Shown here one piece after another: positions 21,342-30,221 of a stretch of 61,180 bases of DNA (the first letter of the stretch is position 1; each line of letters starts with the position of its first letter). This DNA is from Candidatus Limnocylindrales bacterium. GTDB lineage: Bacteria > Chloroflexota > Limnocylindria > Limnocylindrales > CSP1-4. A program made the translations under genes and the position numbers. The notes beneath the pieces were generated by a model. The model did not search any database and was not told where the DNA came from. It was given only the letters and a program-made list of their open reading frames with translations. The stretch is from NCBI GenBank assembly GCA_036505555.1, contig DASXTH010000072.1, positions 1 to 61,180 of the forward strand. The letters run 5' to 3'.

Positions 21342-24082
21342 CGTCGTCTCCCGAGGACGATTCCGGTCGGCGCACCGTTGATCGTCACCAGCTGTGCGGG
21401 CAGGAGCCCCGCCGGCCCGCGCCGGCCCGGCATCGAGCGAAGGATCGGCGCGTCCGGCCTGGTCTCGCCGGTGAACCAGATCCCATCGGAATCGAGATCC
21501 ACCGCCAGCACGCCCGGGACCGCCTGGATCGCCGCGCCGACCTCGCTGACCGAGACACGCTGGGCGAGCCCGCGGCGAGCGAACGAGAACGTGTCGAGCA
21601 GCCTCGAGCGGACGTCGGCGAGGACCCGCGTCTCGTCGTAGCCATCGACGACGAAGACCCCGGCCTCGAGGTCGAACGTGCGGAGCTCGCACGGGATGAT
21701 CCGCACCGGCAGGTGACCGTCGCTCTTGGCGCGGATCTCCGCGGCCAGGTTGCGGATCGTCGGGATCGGCGCGGCCGCGGCGCCGTCGACGCCGGCGATG
21801 GTCAGGAGGATGACTCGGCGTCGCCCCTCCCAGACCCAGCGAGCCTCGCTCTTGGCGATGCCGGCGAAGGATCGGGCCAGGTTCGCGCAATCGTCGAGGG
21901 TGACGACCCGATCGAAGGTCTGGACCGTCCGGGGGGCGTTCGTGCGGGCCGCATCGCGGGTCTCTGGGTCGGCGCCACCGGACGTCGGAAGCGGGTTCGA
22001 TACGCTTCTCGCCCCGAGCGGGCGCGTCATCAGCAGCGACAGCTGGCCCGCCGCAACGTTTCCGACGGCCCCGATCCCGACGCGGTAGGTGGCCCGGACG
22101 TTCTCGACCCCGGACGGCAGCCGCGCCCCGAGCCGGCCGTCCCCGAAGGCGATCGTGGCGCTGCCATCGTCGGCGATCCGGGTCACGTAGCGCCGATCGC
22201 GGGGCCCGAGCTCGTCCAGCCCGGGTGCCGGCTCCCAGGTCACGCTGTCGACCTCGAGCTCGAGCGTACTTGCCGCGCCGCCCGTGGTCGGTGCCGGGAC
22301 GAACGTCAGCGGCTTCTGCTTGAGCGTGAAGGCCTGGAAGGGACGGGAGCCGTCGCCGCTGCCGAGGACCTCGTCCTTCGTGTCGCCGTGGGTCGACATG
22401 GCGACATTCGCGAGCACCACGGTTGCCGCCCGGTCGAACGCGATCGACAGCGGCTCGGCAAACTGGATCGTTGCTCGACCGGGCTGGTCCGGCACTGGGC
22501 TGATCAGCTCGACGACCCTCGCCTCGGCGACGACCTCTGCGTCGGTTGGCGCGGCGATCGGGAGGACGTCCGGATCCCCAACCGGGCTGGACATGGTGCC
22601 GGTGGCGCCGCCAGCCGTTCGGACCGGCCACGTCCGGATCGACCCGGCGATCGTGGCCGGCCCGGTGACGACCACCACGTCGCGCGGGGCAAGACGCACG
22701 GGGCCCGCGGCCGTGACCACCGACGGCCGGGAGCCCTCCACGACCTCCAGGCGAGCGCGCGGTCCGCGAACGATCACGCTCCGGCCGACGGCAAACCCGT
22801 CGAGCGGATCCTCGACCTCGACCGTTCGCCCATCGACCGGATCGAACCGCGGAACGGCCGCGAGGCCCAGCTCTTCGCTGTCGATGTACACGACCGTGTC
22901 GCGGACGTGGGCGTTGAAGATCTCGTTCAGCTTCTCGCCCTCGAGGACGATCCGGGTCGTCTTCGCACTGAGCGTGAACCCGGTCCGGGCGTCGTCGGCG
23001 ATCGCCGCCGCGCCGAGCCTCGGGGCAGGCCGGTACAGCTCGGCGTAGCCCGGCCGCTGCAGGACGATCCAGCCGCCGGGTTGGACGCGCGGATAGATGG
23101 CGTCGAGGAAGATCGTCCGATCCGGGTCCGGCTGGTCGGCGGCGATGGCGTCGAGCTTCAGGTTCGGCCAGTCGCCACCCCGCGTCCCGGCGCGAGCGAC
23201 CCGCTCCCGGATGGCGAGTTGCAGGGTCGCCCAGTCGGGCGCGGCGGCGCCGAACAGGGCCGCCCGCTGGCGGAACGCGTAACAGCGGACCTCCTCGGTG
23301 GCGGGCTTGACCCAGCGGCCCGGACCGCGATACCCGAGCCCGCGCTGCCATGCGACGCGGGTGACCCCGCGAGATGCGTCCGGCTCGACGGTCGTCAACT
23401 GGCGCATGTCCCAGGCCTCGCTCGCCGCGCTGTGGACGCGCTCCCGCCCAACGAACAGGATCGCGTCGCCGGGGCGAAGGTTCGTCGCGATGCCCTCGAG
23501 CCACGCCTCCGTGTCCCGATCCTTGGGAGTCCGCCGGTCCGCCGACTGGACCCGGATCTTGTTCCAGGCGGGCCGCGCCTCGATCGTCTCGTCGGTCTGG
23601 AAGGTCTGCGGCAGCTCGTCCTGGCCCGGCACGCTCTGGACCTTGACGCCCTTCTCGATCGAGACGCGAGCGGGAGCTCCCGGTGCGGTCTCCACCTCGA
23701 ACGCCAGGGGGCCGCTCGAGGCCACGCCGGGCCGCGGTTGGTAGCCGACCGTCGCGGCGAGCTCGTACACCGATCGTCGCTCGGTTGCCGTCCGGAGGAA
23801 GCCTTCGTTGGCGATCCGTTCTTCGTAGAAGGTCAGGACGTCGAGCACGGTCGACCAGGCGTCCACGAGCGCGACCGACGGGTCGTCGTCGCTGCGGGCG
23901 GTCAGCGTCCGGAGCTCCGGCTGTGACGCGAACCGGGCGAGCATGGCTGCGCGGAAGCGCCCGTGCGTCCCGACGCGATAGGCGAGCGCAGACAGGCCGG
24001 GTGGGTTGTCGATCGGAGCCACGGCGCCGCCCGGCGCGCTGCAGCAGCCGCACTCCGGCAGGAGCGCCTCGAGGGTCGTCAT
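21338..24082 (-). CDS. Baseplate J (gp6/gpJ)-like protein, paralog 2
   Basis: ATG at residue 171 of ORF 21338..24592, with an ATGA overlap with the upstream gene. DDPSVALVDAWSTVLDVLTFYEERIANEGFLRTATERRSVYELAATVGYQPRPG fits the baseplate-J N-terminal pattern. Confidence 0.8.
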   Translation of the reverse strand: MTTLEALLPECGCCSAPGGAVAPIDNPPGLSALAYRVGTHGRFRAAMLARFASQPELRTLTARSDDDPSVALVDAWSTVLDVLTFYEERIANEGFLRTATERRSVYELAATVGYQPRPGVASSGPLAFEVETAPGAPARVSIEKGVKVQSVPGQDELPQTFQTDETIEARPAWNKIRVQSADRRTPKDRDTEAWLEGIATNLRPGDAILFVGRERVHSAASEAWDMRQLTTVEPDASRGVTRVAWQRGLGYRGPGRWVKPATEEVRCYAFRQRAALFGAAAPDWATLQLAIRERVARAGTRGGDWPNLKLDAIAADQPDPDRTIFLDAIYPRVQPGGWIVLQRPGYAELYRPAPRLGAAAIADDARTGFTLSAKTTRIVLEGEKLNEIFNAHVRDTVVYIDSEELGLAAVPRFDPVDGRTVEVEDPLDGFAVGRSVIVRGPRARLEVVEGSRPSVVTAAGPVRLAPRDVVVVTGPATIAGSIRTWPVRTAGGATGTMSSPVGDPDVLPIAAPTDAEVVAEARVVELISPVPDQPGRATIQFAEPLSIAFDRAATVVLANVAMSTHGDTKDEVLGSGDGSRPFQAFTLKQKPLTFVPAPTTGGAASTLELEVDSVTWEPAPGLDELGPRDRRYVTRIADDGSATIAFGDGRLGARLPSGVENVRATYRVGIGAVGNVAAGQLSLLMTRPLGARSVSNPLPTSGGADPETRDAARTNAPRTVQTFDRVVTLDDCANLARSFAGIAKSEARWVWEGRRRVILLTIAGVDGAAAAPIPTIRNLAAEIRAKSDGHLPVRIIPCELRTFDLEAGVFVVDGYDETRVLADVRSRLLDTFSFARRGLAQRVSVSEVGAAIQAVPGVLAVDLDSDGIWFTGETRPDAPILRSMPGRRGPAGLLPAQLVTINGAPTGIVLGRRR

Positions 24083-26502
24083 CGCCCGCCCCTCAGCGTG
24101 ATCGTCAGCTGCCCGTTCTCCGCGAAGTTCCGGTCGTTGTCGAGGCGGACGATCTCGAGGGGTCCGGTCCGGATCACGCCGTCCGCGAGCTCGCGATTCG
24201 GGGGGCGGCCGAGTCGCTGGAAGCGCGTCGCGTCGACCCACGAGATCCCGTCGATCCCCATCACCGTTCGATAGAGCTGGCTCAGGAAGACCGGCTGGCC
24301 GAACGTCCAGCGATCCGGATGGAAGAAGCCTCGCGCACCGGACGCGGACTGGCGACTCGACAGGGCGTCGAGGACCGCGCGCTTCACGATCGGAGCGAGG
24401 TGGTCCGACTCGACGCACACCTCCAGGGCGATGTCGAGCGGGACGTCGACCGGCCGCCCGACGTCGAGGTCGACACCGGCCATTCGGTGCAGATCGAGCC
24501 AGTCGATCAGACCGGCCCGGAAGGGCTCGTCGATCGTCTCGCCGCCGGGCCGATCGACGGTCACGACCGCGGTGTACCAGCTCCCCGTCCAACGGATCCG
24601 GCCGGCTGCGCGGCCCACGTCGGGACGGCGCATCGCGATCGTGGCGTAGTCCGCCTCGGTCACCGCGCGTTCCTGGCGGAGGAACGCCCGCGGGGCGAGG
24701 AGGCGCGCTCGCTCAGCTGGTTCGGGGTTCGTCCCGCCGACGGCCGGCAGGGGGTTGGTGACAGCGGTGACGCCGTCATCGTCGACGAAGATCCGGGTCA
24801 GGCTCCCGGCTCCCACGTTCCCGACCGCGCCGTTCCCCACGCGACCGAATGCCACGAACGCGCTCCCCGCGCTCGGCTGCCGGCCGAGGGCGCCGTCACC
24901 GAACCGGAGTTGGGCGACTCCGTCGGTCTCCATCTCGGCGACGAACTCGGGGGCGAACCGATCGCTGGCGAGCAGGTCGCGCTGGGGCGTCCACGTCGCA
25001 TCGTCGCCGCGGAGCGTCAGGACAGGCAGCGCTTGCGCCGGATCCTGGATGAGCATTCGTGCGGCGGGGAGCGCGCCGTCGATCGGCGCGGCACTCGTCA
25101 ATGGCACTCGCGTCACGAGCGGCCGGTACGGCCGGTCCTCGGGCACCGTGTCCGGGTCGAGCCGAAGGCCGGCGGTCGTCGAGGTCGCGGGGGGCAGGGT
25201 CAGCCCGTGGTCGGCGAGGACGATGTTGCCGCGGGCGATCGACAGGTCCTCGAGCGGGGTCGTGCCGTCGTCGGCCAAGGCGGACACGCAGAGGGGAAAC
25301 GCAAGCGCGTCGCGGCGGTCCCACTCGATCTCGACGATGGCGATTCCCGCGATCGGATCGGTCAGCAGCTCGGTGCCGCCCGGCCGACGATCGGTGACCG
25401 ACGTCAGCCGGACGACCTGGCGGTGGGTCGGGTCCGCGTCGGCGGACTCGCCGGTCGAACCGCGCAGCTCCTCGAACAGGAGGTAGTCGCCGGCAGCCAG
25501 CGCAAGCGGCGGGTCGTTCACGAGGGTTGCCCGCGTGGCTCCCGCCGGCAGACAGCAGCCCACCTCGGACCAGGTATGGATCCGGATCTCGTTGTGGGCG
25601 GACCGGACCTGGAGGTCGTCCGCCGTCTCGAACACGATCGGTTCCTCCGCCGCAACGATCGCGGTGAGGTCGGCGGCGGCAAATCGCCCCTCATCGCCGT
25701 TCGGTGATCGGGGCAGGACCGGCCGTCCCTTGGAGAGCACGAGATCCGTCGCGGCCGTGATGTGGATCCAGGTTCGGGCGTTGCAGCCGTCGTGCATCCG
25801 GTAGTCGAGCAGACGGGCATGCCGCCGAACCGAGGCGCGGCGGCGCGCCGTCCCGAGGTACGCCTCGGTCGCGACCGCGTCCTGGAAATAGCTCAGGCGG
25901 TCGCCGACGTACGCCAGAAGCTCCACGAGGGTGATCTCGAGGTCGGCGGCATTCCGCTCCCGCCAGTCGGGCATGAGCACGGACAGCCGATCGAGCATCA
26001 GCCGCCGGAAGCTGGCGTAGTCCTTGGCCAGATAGTCGATCGCCGGCTCCTCGACGAGCTCGGTCGGGCAGTCCCGGTCGTCGCGGCAGTCGAAGCCGGT
26101 CGGGCAGTCGACCTTGAACGTGAACCGGACCGAGGCCAGCGGCACGTCGAACCCGTCGGGGGGCAGGGCTCCGTCTCGTCGATGGAGCCGCAGGCGGTAC
26201 TCGGAGTAGTCGCCCGGCCGATCCACGGTGACCGTCAGCTCCGGCCCCGTCGACATCACGGCGACGACCCGGATGTCGGGGAACCGGACCCCGCCGTCGA
26301 TGGTGATCTCGGCCGCGGTCAGGGCGGGCGCGGGAGGCGGCGGAACGGCTCCGCTGCCAGTCCCGGGCAGGTCGTGGAGGAACCGGACTCGGAGGGTCGT
26401 CTCGTCCGGATCGACCGTCAGATAGTCGATCCCGTTGACGGTCGTCGAGTTCAGGACGAGCTGCCGCCGCCGATCCGACCCGCAGCGGTACTGGCTGGCC
26501 AT
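24079..26502 (-). CDS. Baseplate J (gp6/gpJ)-like protein, paralog 1
   Basis: 807 aa, starting 1 nt after the gp25-like stop. YLAKDYASFRRLMLDRLSVLMPDW...LVELLAYVGDRLSYFQDAVATEAYLGTARRRASV fits the baseplate-J pattern. Confidence 0.8.
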   Translation of the reverse strand: MASQYRCGSDRRRQLVLNSTTVNGIDYLTVDPDETTLRVRFLHDLPGTGSGAVPPPPAPALTAAEITIDGGVRFPDIRVVAVMSTGPELTVTVDRPGDYSEYRLRLHRRDGALPPDGFDVPLASVRFTFKVDCPTGFDCRDDRDCPTELVEEPAIDYLAKDYASFRRLMLDRLSVLMPDWRERNAADLEITLVELLAYVGDRLSYFQDAVATEAYLGTARRRASVRRHARLLDYRMHDGCNARTWIHITAATDLVLSKGRPVLPRSPNGDEGRFAAADLTAIVAAEEPIVFETADDLQVRSAHNEIRIHTWSEVGCCLPAGATRATLVNDPPLALAAGDYLLFEELRGSTGESADADPTHRQVVRLTSVTDRRPGGTELLTDPIAGIAIVEIEWDRRDALAFPLCVSALADDGTTPLEDLSIARGNIVLADHGLTLPPATSTTAGLRLDPDTVPEDRPYRPLVTRVPLTSAAPIDGALPAARMLIQDPAQALPVLTLRGDDATWTPQRDLLASDRFAPEFVAEMETDGVAQLRFGDGALGRQPSAGSAFVAFGRVGNGAVGNVGAGSLTRIFVDDDGVTAVTNPLPAVGGTNPEPAERARLLAPRAFLRQERAVTEADYATIAMRRPDVGRAAGRIRWTGSWYTAVVTVDRPGGETIDEPFRAGLIDWLDLHRMAGVDLDVGRPVDVPLDIALEVCVESDHLAPIVKRAVLDALSSRQSASGARGFFHPDRWTFGQPVFLSQLYRTVMGIDGISWVDATRFQRLGRPPNRELADGVIRTGPLEIVRLDNDRNFAENGQLTITLRGGR

Positions 26503-26503
26503 G

Positions 26504-26863
26504 TCAGCCGGCCTTCCGGAACTCGTCGACCCGCATCTCCTGGGTCCGACGAACCAGGTAGCGGACGACGACCCGCAGCTCGGCGTCGACGTCCTCGACC
26601 TGGACGTCCATCACCTGGATCAGGTCGCCGAGCCACTGCTGGAGGTTGCCCTGGACGGTGAGCTGGGTCGCCGCCGCGAGCGCGTCGTTGTTCGGCGCGA
26701 ACACCAGGCGGAGGAGGCCGCTTCCGAATGTCGGCCGGTTGACGCGCTCGCCGGGTGCCGTGAACAGGACCTGCTCGATCAGGTCGCGGATGTGATCAGC
26801 GTCGGACGTCGTCGCGGTCCGTCCGCGCCCATCGACGCGCAGGGGGAAGTCGACGTTCGTCAT
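26504..26863 (-). CDS. Baseplate wedge protein, GPW/gp25 family
   Basis: Internal ATG of ORF 26504..27052, with an ATGA overlap with the PAAR-like gene. DHIRDLIEQVLFTAPGERVNRPTFGSGL is the classic gp25 motif. Confidence 0.85.
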   Translation of the reverse strand: MTNVDFPLRVDGRGRTATTSDADHIRDLIEQVLFTAPGERVNRPTFGSGLLRLVFAPNNDALAAATQLTVQGNLQQWLGDLIQVMDVQVEDVDAELRVVVRYLVRRTQEMRVDEFRKAG

Positions 26864-27180
26864 GTCGCCGACACCCGCAGCTGGGTCACCAGGACCTGAA
26901 GAGGTGTGCCTGTGGGAACACAGATCGACGTCCCGCTCTGGACGACGACCGGTACGCCGCCGGCGAGCACCCGGGTCGCACCGACGACGAACTGGGCCGT
27001 CGCGCACGGCGGAGCGCTGGTCCCGGTCAAGGCGCAGCCGGCGATGACCCACGGCGACGTGAGCGTCACGACCGGCTGGCCGCCGAGGAGGACTCGCGGG
27101 TTGGGAGTCGTCGGCGTCGCCTGGCCGGCGTGAGCGCAGATGACGGTCGCCCCGAGCTGGACCGCGAAACCGGCCATCAC
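26860..27180 (-). CDS. PAAR-like spike-tip protein (DUF4280-type)
   Basis: 106 aa. Its pattern of conserved Cys and Gly residues (VICAHAGQ, RVLLGGQPV, AGC...PC, RVLAGGVPV, SICVP) is typical of PAAR-like cones. The start overlaps the gpV stop. Confidence 0.6.
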   Translation of the reverse strand: MMAGFAVQLGATVICAHAGQATPTTPNPRVLLGGQPVVTLTSPWVIAGCALTGTSAPPCATAQFVVGATRVLAGGVPVVVQSGTSICVPTGTPLQVLVTQLRVSAT

Positions 27181-27686
27181 ATCACGTCCAGGGCGCCGCT
27201 GTTGATGGAGACGCGGGGACCCTGAAGCTCGATCGTGCCGCCAAACCCGTTATCGATCTTCACGCCGATCGGGCTGAGGACCAGCTTCTGGCCGCTCGAC
27301 GTCTCCAGGGTGATGCCGCCGATCCCCGGTGTGTCGTCGAGGGTGATGCTCTGGCCGCCCCCGGTGACGATCATCAGCTTCTTGTATGGCGGGGCGATCA
27401 GGAGCGGCGGCATCTCCGCGACGGAGCCCCACCAACAGCCCGTCCAGATCGGGTAATCCGGGTTGCCATGCTCGAACTCGATCCAGATCCCGGCCCCCAC
27501 CGTCGGCAGGGCGAAGAACCCGGTCGAGCTGCCGCCGAACGGTGCGCACGGGAGCGCCCAGCCGCTCTCGTCGTCTCCAAGGACATCCTTGACCTTTGCC
27601 TTGACCCGGCCGGTCATCAGCGGGTCCTGGATGTCCGTGACGATCCCGCGGTACTTCCCGAAGAACGTCCCGCCGCCGGTGCTCAC
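27177..27686 (-). CDS. Baseplate spike, gpV / gp5 OB-fold family
   Basis: GTG start in a GTGA overlap with the gpD-like stop. GKYRGIVTDIQDPLMTGRVKAKV...SGWALPCAPFGG...PTVGAGIWIEFEHGNPDYPIWTG matches the Phage_base_V pattern. Confidence 0.8.
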   Translation of the reverse strand: MSTGGGTFFGKYRGIVTDIQDPLMTGRVKAKVKDVLGDDESGWALPCAPFGGSSTGFFALPTVGAGIWIEFEHGNPDYPIWTGCWWGSVAEMPPLLIAPPYKKLMIVTGGGQSITLDDTPGIGGITLETSSGQKLVLSPIGVKIDNGFGGTIELQGPRVSINSGALDVM

Positions 27687-28768
27687 GTCGGCACCATCGG
27701 GAGGAGCGAGCCCGTTCCGTCACGGGCGAGGCGGAAGCTCTGGGTGTACGAGCCCTTCGTGATCTCGTGGGTGACGCTCTTCACGTAGAAGACGCCGTCG
27801 TACGAGAAGCCGCTGCCGCGGACGCCCACCAGGCGGCGGGCACGAAGGACGGATCCGTAGCGGACCGTCTCGAGCTGGCCCTGGCCACTCACGGCCTCCG
27901 CTGCCTCCGTCGCCGCGGACGCCGACGAGAGGGCGGCCTGGGCCGGGTCCTCGTTGGCGCTCTCCCGGAGGAGAACCTTGCGTTGCGGGGTCGCCGGGAA
28001 CAGGGCGAGCGGCGGGACCCGGAGCGGGGGGAGCGCCGGGATCGGCACGACCATCTTCGTGATCGGCTCGACGAAGCCGCCGCTCGCCGACACCGGGGCC
28101 AGGGCGTCGTTCGAGAACGAGAGCTCCGTGACGTTCGTCGACGCACCCATGTTCATCGACAACGCCGGCTGGGGTAGACCTGCTCGGACGACCGGCCCCC
28201 AGTAGGCCTTGTTGACGCCGAACGTGATGGGCTCGATGTAGAAGACGTAGCCGTTGTCGCCGGCGAGCCGGCGGATGCAGGCGAGGTCCGTCTCGCGCTG
28301 CCGTGGGATCCGCTGGAGCTCGATCGGGACGCTGGTGGTCGGGCTGACCGCCGGCAGGAGGCCGTATTTCCCGTAGCCCGCAAGAAGGATGCCCACGATG
28401 ACGAAGTCCGGCTGGTTCTTCTTCGGGTCGTTCTTCTCCTCGAGGTCGAGCATCACGCTCAGATTCGTCCCGGTCACGGTGAGCGTCGATCGACCCGGCT
28501 CGTTGCTCGGCGTGATCGTGTGCTGGGTGATGATCCCGTCGATCAGGACCTCGGGAACGATGCCGAGGACGACGGCGATCCACACGCGGGTCATCGGGGC
28601 GAGGGAGCCGTCCAGGAGATCCCAGTCGGCGACGCCATCGTGGCCGAGCGCGAAGGTCAACTGGAACCCGTCGCCGCTGTCCTCGTCGTTCGTGACCTGG
28701 ACCCGCGTGAGCGCGGCGATCACGCCGGGCTTTGGTGGCGTCGGGATCGTGCTCCCGGTCCAGAGCAT
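27683..28768 (-). CDS. Baseplate hub, late control gene D (gpD)/VgrG-core-like protein
   Basis: Start is the ATG at residue 42 of ORF 27683..28891. An alternative GTG at 28798 is possible. The size, its position before gpV, and the N-terminus VQVTNDEDSGDGFQLTFAL fit gpD-like hubs. Confidence 0.7.
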   Translation of the reverse strand: MLWTGSTIPTPPKPGVIAALTRVQVTNDEDSGDGFQLTFALGHDGVADWDLLDGSLAPMTRVWIAVVLGIVPEVLIDGIITQHTITPSNEPGRSTLTVTGTNLSVMLDLEEKNDPKKNQPDFVIVGILLAGYGKYGLLPAVSPTTSVPIELQRIPRQRETDLACIRRLAGDNGYVFYIEPITFGVNKAYWGPVVRAGLPQPALSMNMGASTNVTELSFSNDALAPVSASGGFVEPITKMVVPIPALPPLRVPPLALFPATPQRKVLLRESANEDPAQAALSSASAATEAAEAVSGQGQLETVRYGSVLRARRLVGVRGSGFSYDGVFYVKSVTHEITKGSYTQSFRLARDGTGSLLPMVPT

Positions 28769-28809
28769 CAGCCGGATCCCCGCCTCGCTCGTGAACACCC
28801 GATGCCTGC

Positions 28810-29109
28810 CTACGGCCTGGGCATGACGACGTCCACGATCCGACCCGGACGCTCGAGCTCCTCGGGACGGAGGACATCGTTGCCATCGCACAGCCGCCAG
28901 AACGCGAGTGGATCCCCGGCGAAGCGGGCGGCCAGGAGGTCGAGGCGGTCGGCGTCGGTCATGACGTGCTCGGTGACGACGGTCAGCGAGTCCGGCCGGG
29001 GAAGAAATCGGCGCCGCTTGAAGCGCACGGTGCGAAGGCTCCCGTCGGGCTGCGCGACCTCCATCGCGGCGTCGTCGATGCTGGCGTAGCGGCTCTGGGT
29101 CTCGAACAT
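28810..29109 (-). CDS. LysM-like / gpX-like small baseplate protein
   Basis: 99 aa, with the ATG 2 nt after the upstream stop. HVMTDADRLDLLAARFAGDPLAFWRLCDGND resembles the tail protein X / LysM motif (h.v..GDrLD.lA.r.yGd....W.ia..N). Confidence 0.6.
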   Translation of the reverse strand: MFETQSRYASIDDAAMEVAQPDGSLRTVRFKRRRFLPRPDSLTVVTEHVMTDADRLDLLAARFAGDPLAFWRLCDGNDVLRPEELERPGRIVDVVMPRP

Positions 29110-29111
29110 CG

Positions 29112-29792
29112 CTACCCGCCGATGCTCATGCTCGCCGAGAACGAGGCCGAGCCGGAGAGGGCGCCACCGACCGCGGTCGCACCCGAGATCGTGGCCATGA
29201 CCTCCTTGATGACCTGGTGAGCGAGGAACAGCCCGCCCCCGATGCTCAGGAGTCCGAGGTCGTCGTAGGTCAGGACACGGAGGGACAGGTTGACCTTCGC
29301 CCGGATCGGGTTCAGCGCCGGATCGAAGGCCTCTTCGGTGATCGATAGCTGGGTCAGACGGACGGGGACCACGCGCTTCAGGCCCCAGACGAACAGGGTC
29401 AACGGCGCTTCAGGCGGGATGACCTCGATGATCCCGAGCGCGGCGAGCACCTCGTTGGCGATCACGAGCGCCGACTTCGGGTAGAGGAGCATCTCGAGCG
29501 ACGCGAGCGACGGAGCGACCCCGAACTGTCCCGTGATCGCGTCGCCGCGCTCCATCTGATCGGCGGCGTCGACCTCGACTTCGAGCGCGATCGTCTCCTC
29601 CGGCGGGCCTTTCAGCCGGAGCGCCTCCGACTGCGACCCGTCGCCTCCGCCGCCGCCGGCCGCCCGCGCCTGGACGGTCCGGGTCAGGGTGTCGGGGTTG
29701 TACTGGAAGATGACGACGCTGGCGAGCGGGTTCGCCGGATCAAGCCCGATGATCGCGCCCTTCAACAGCCGCGGCGAACCGGGAAACGTCAT
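29112..29792 (-). CDS. CIS tube-initiator-like protein (Afp7 N-terminal-domain type)
   Basis: 226 aa. VVIFQYNPDTLTR, APLTLFVWG and LNPIRAKVNLSLRVL match the pattern I recall for the contractile-injection-system tube/initiator family. Confidence 0.6.
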   Translation of the reverse strand: MTFPGSPRLLKGAIIGLDPANPLASVVIFQYNPDTLTRTVQARAAGGGGGDGSQSEALRLKGPPEETIALEVEVDAADQMERGDAITGQFGVAPSLASLEMLLYPKSALVIANEVLAALGIIEVIPPEAPLTLFVWGLKRVVPVRLTQLSITEEAFDPALNPIRAKVNLSLRVLTYDDLGLLSIGGGLFLAHQVIKEVMATISGATAVGGALSGSASFSASMSIGG

Positions 29793-29866
29793 GGGCGGAC
29801 CGTATGGGCGAGGCCGTCACCGACCCGTCACGCGCCCGTCACGGCGACGACGCGTCGTTGTCCTGC

Positions 29867-30193
29867 TCAGCCGGCCTGCGCGTCGATCGTCACTTCGAAC
29901 CGGTCGCCGACGGCGTCGCGCTCCCACGATCGGCGGTTGACGAACGTCAGCGCCGTCTCTCCGGGTCCGATCACCGCGATCCGGAAGCGCCGCGAGCCCG
30001 CTGCGCCGAGGCGCTCATGGTCCGGCCCAACGAACGTGCGGTCCCGCAGAGCCACGATCGAGTCGTCGAACGCCTCAAGGGCCCATCGGTAGCCCGAGGT
30101 CGGCGTCTCGTCGAGTGCGACGACGAGCTCGTCCCCGACGGTCACCGTCTGCAATGTGCCTGCCTCGGCCAGGCCGATCTCGATCTCCGCCAT
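29867..30193 (-). CDS. Chagasin-family (I42) cysteine-peptidase inhibitor, no signal peptide
   Basis: 108 aa. The three chagasin loop motifs are present: ETPTSGYRW (NPTTGYxW), LGAAGSRRFRI (GxGG) and NRRSWERD (RPW). Confidence 0.75.
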   Translation of the reverse strand: MAEIEIGLAEAGTLQTVTVGDELVVALDETPTSGYRWALEAFDDSIVALRDRTFVGPDHERLGAAGSRRFRIAVIGPGETALTFVNRRSWERDAVGDRFEVTIDAQAG

Positions 30194-30221
30194 CCCGTCC
30201 GGCCCTCGCTGCCTGTCGGGC

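Noticed and set aside
19017-24053. Single 1678-aa ORF spanning the gpI-like gene and most of the gpJ paralog region.
   Set aside because: Only the last 774 codons look like protein. Those codons begin at a GTG with an RBS and a GTGA overlap. The upstream 900 codons are an Arg-rich out-of-frame read-through of the neighbouring real gene (21338..24082).
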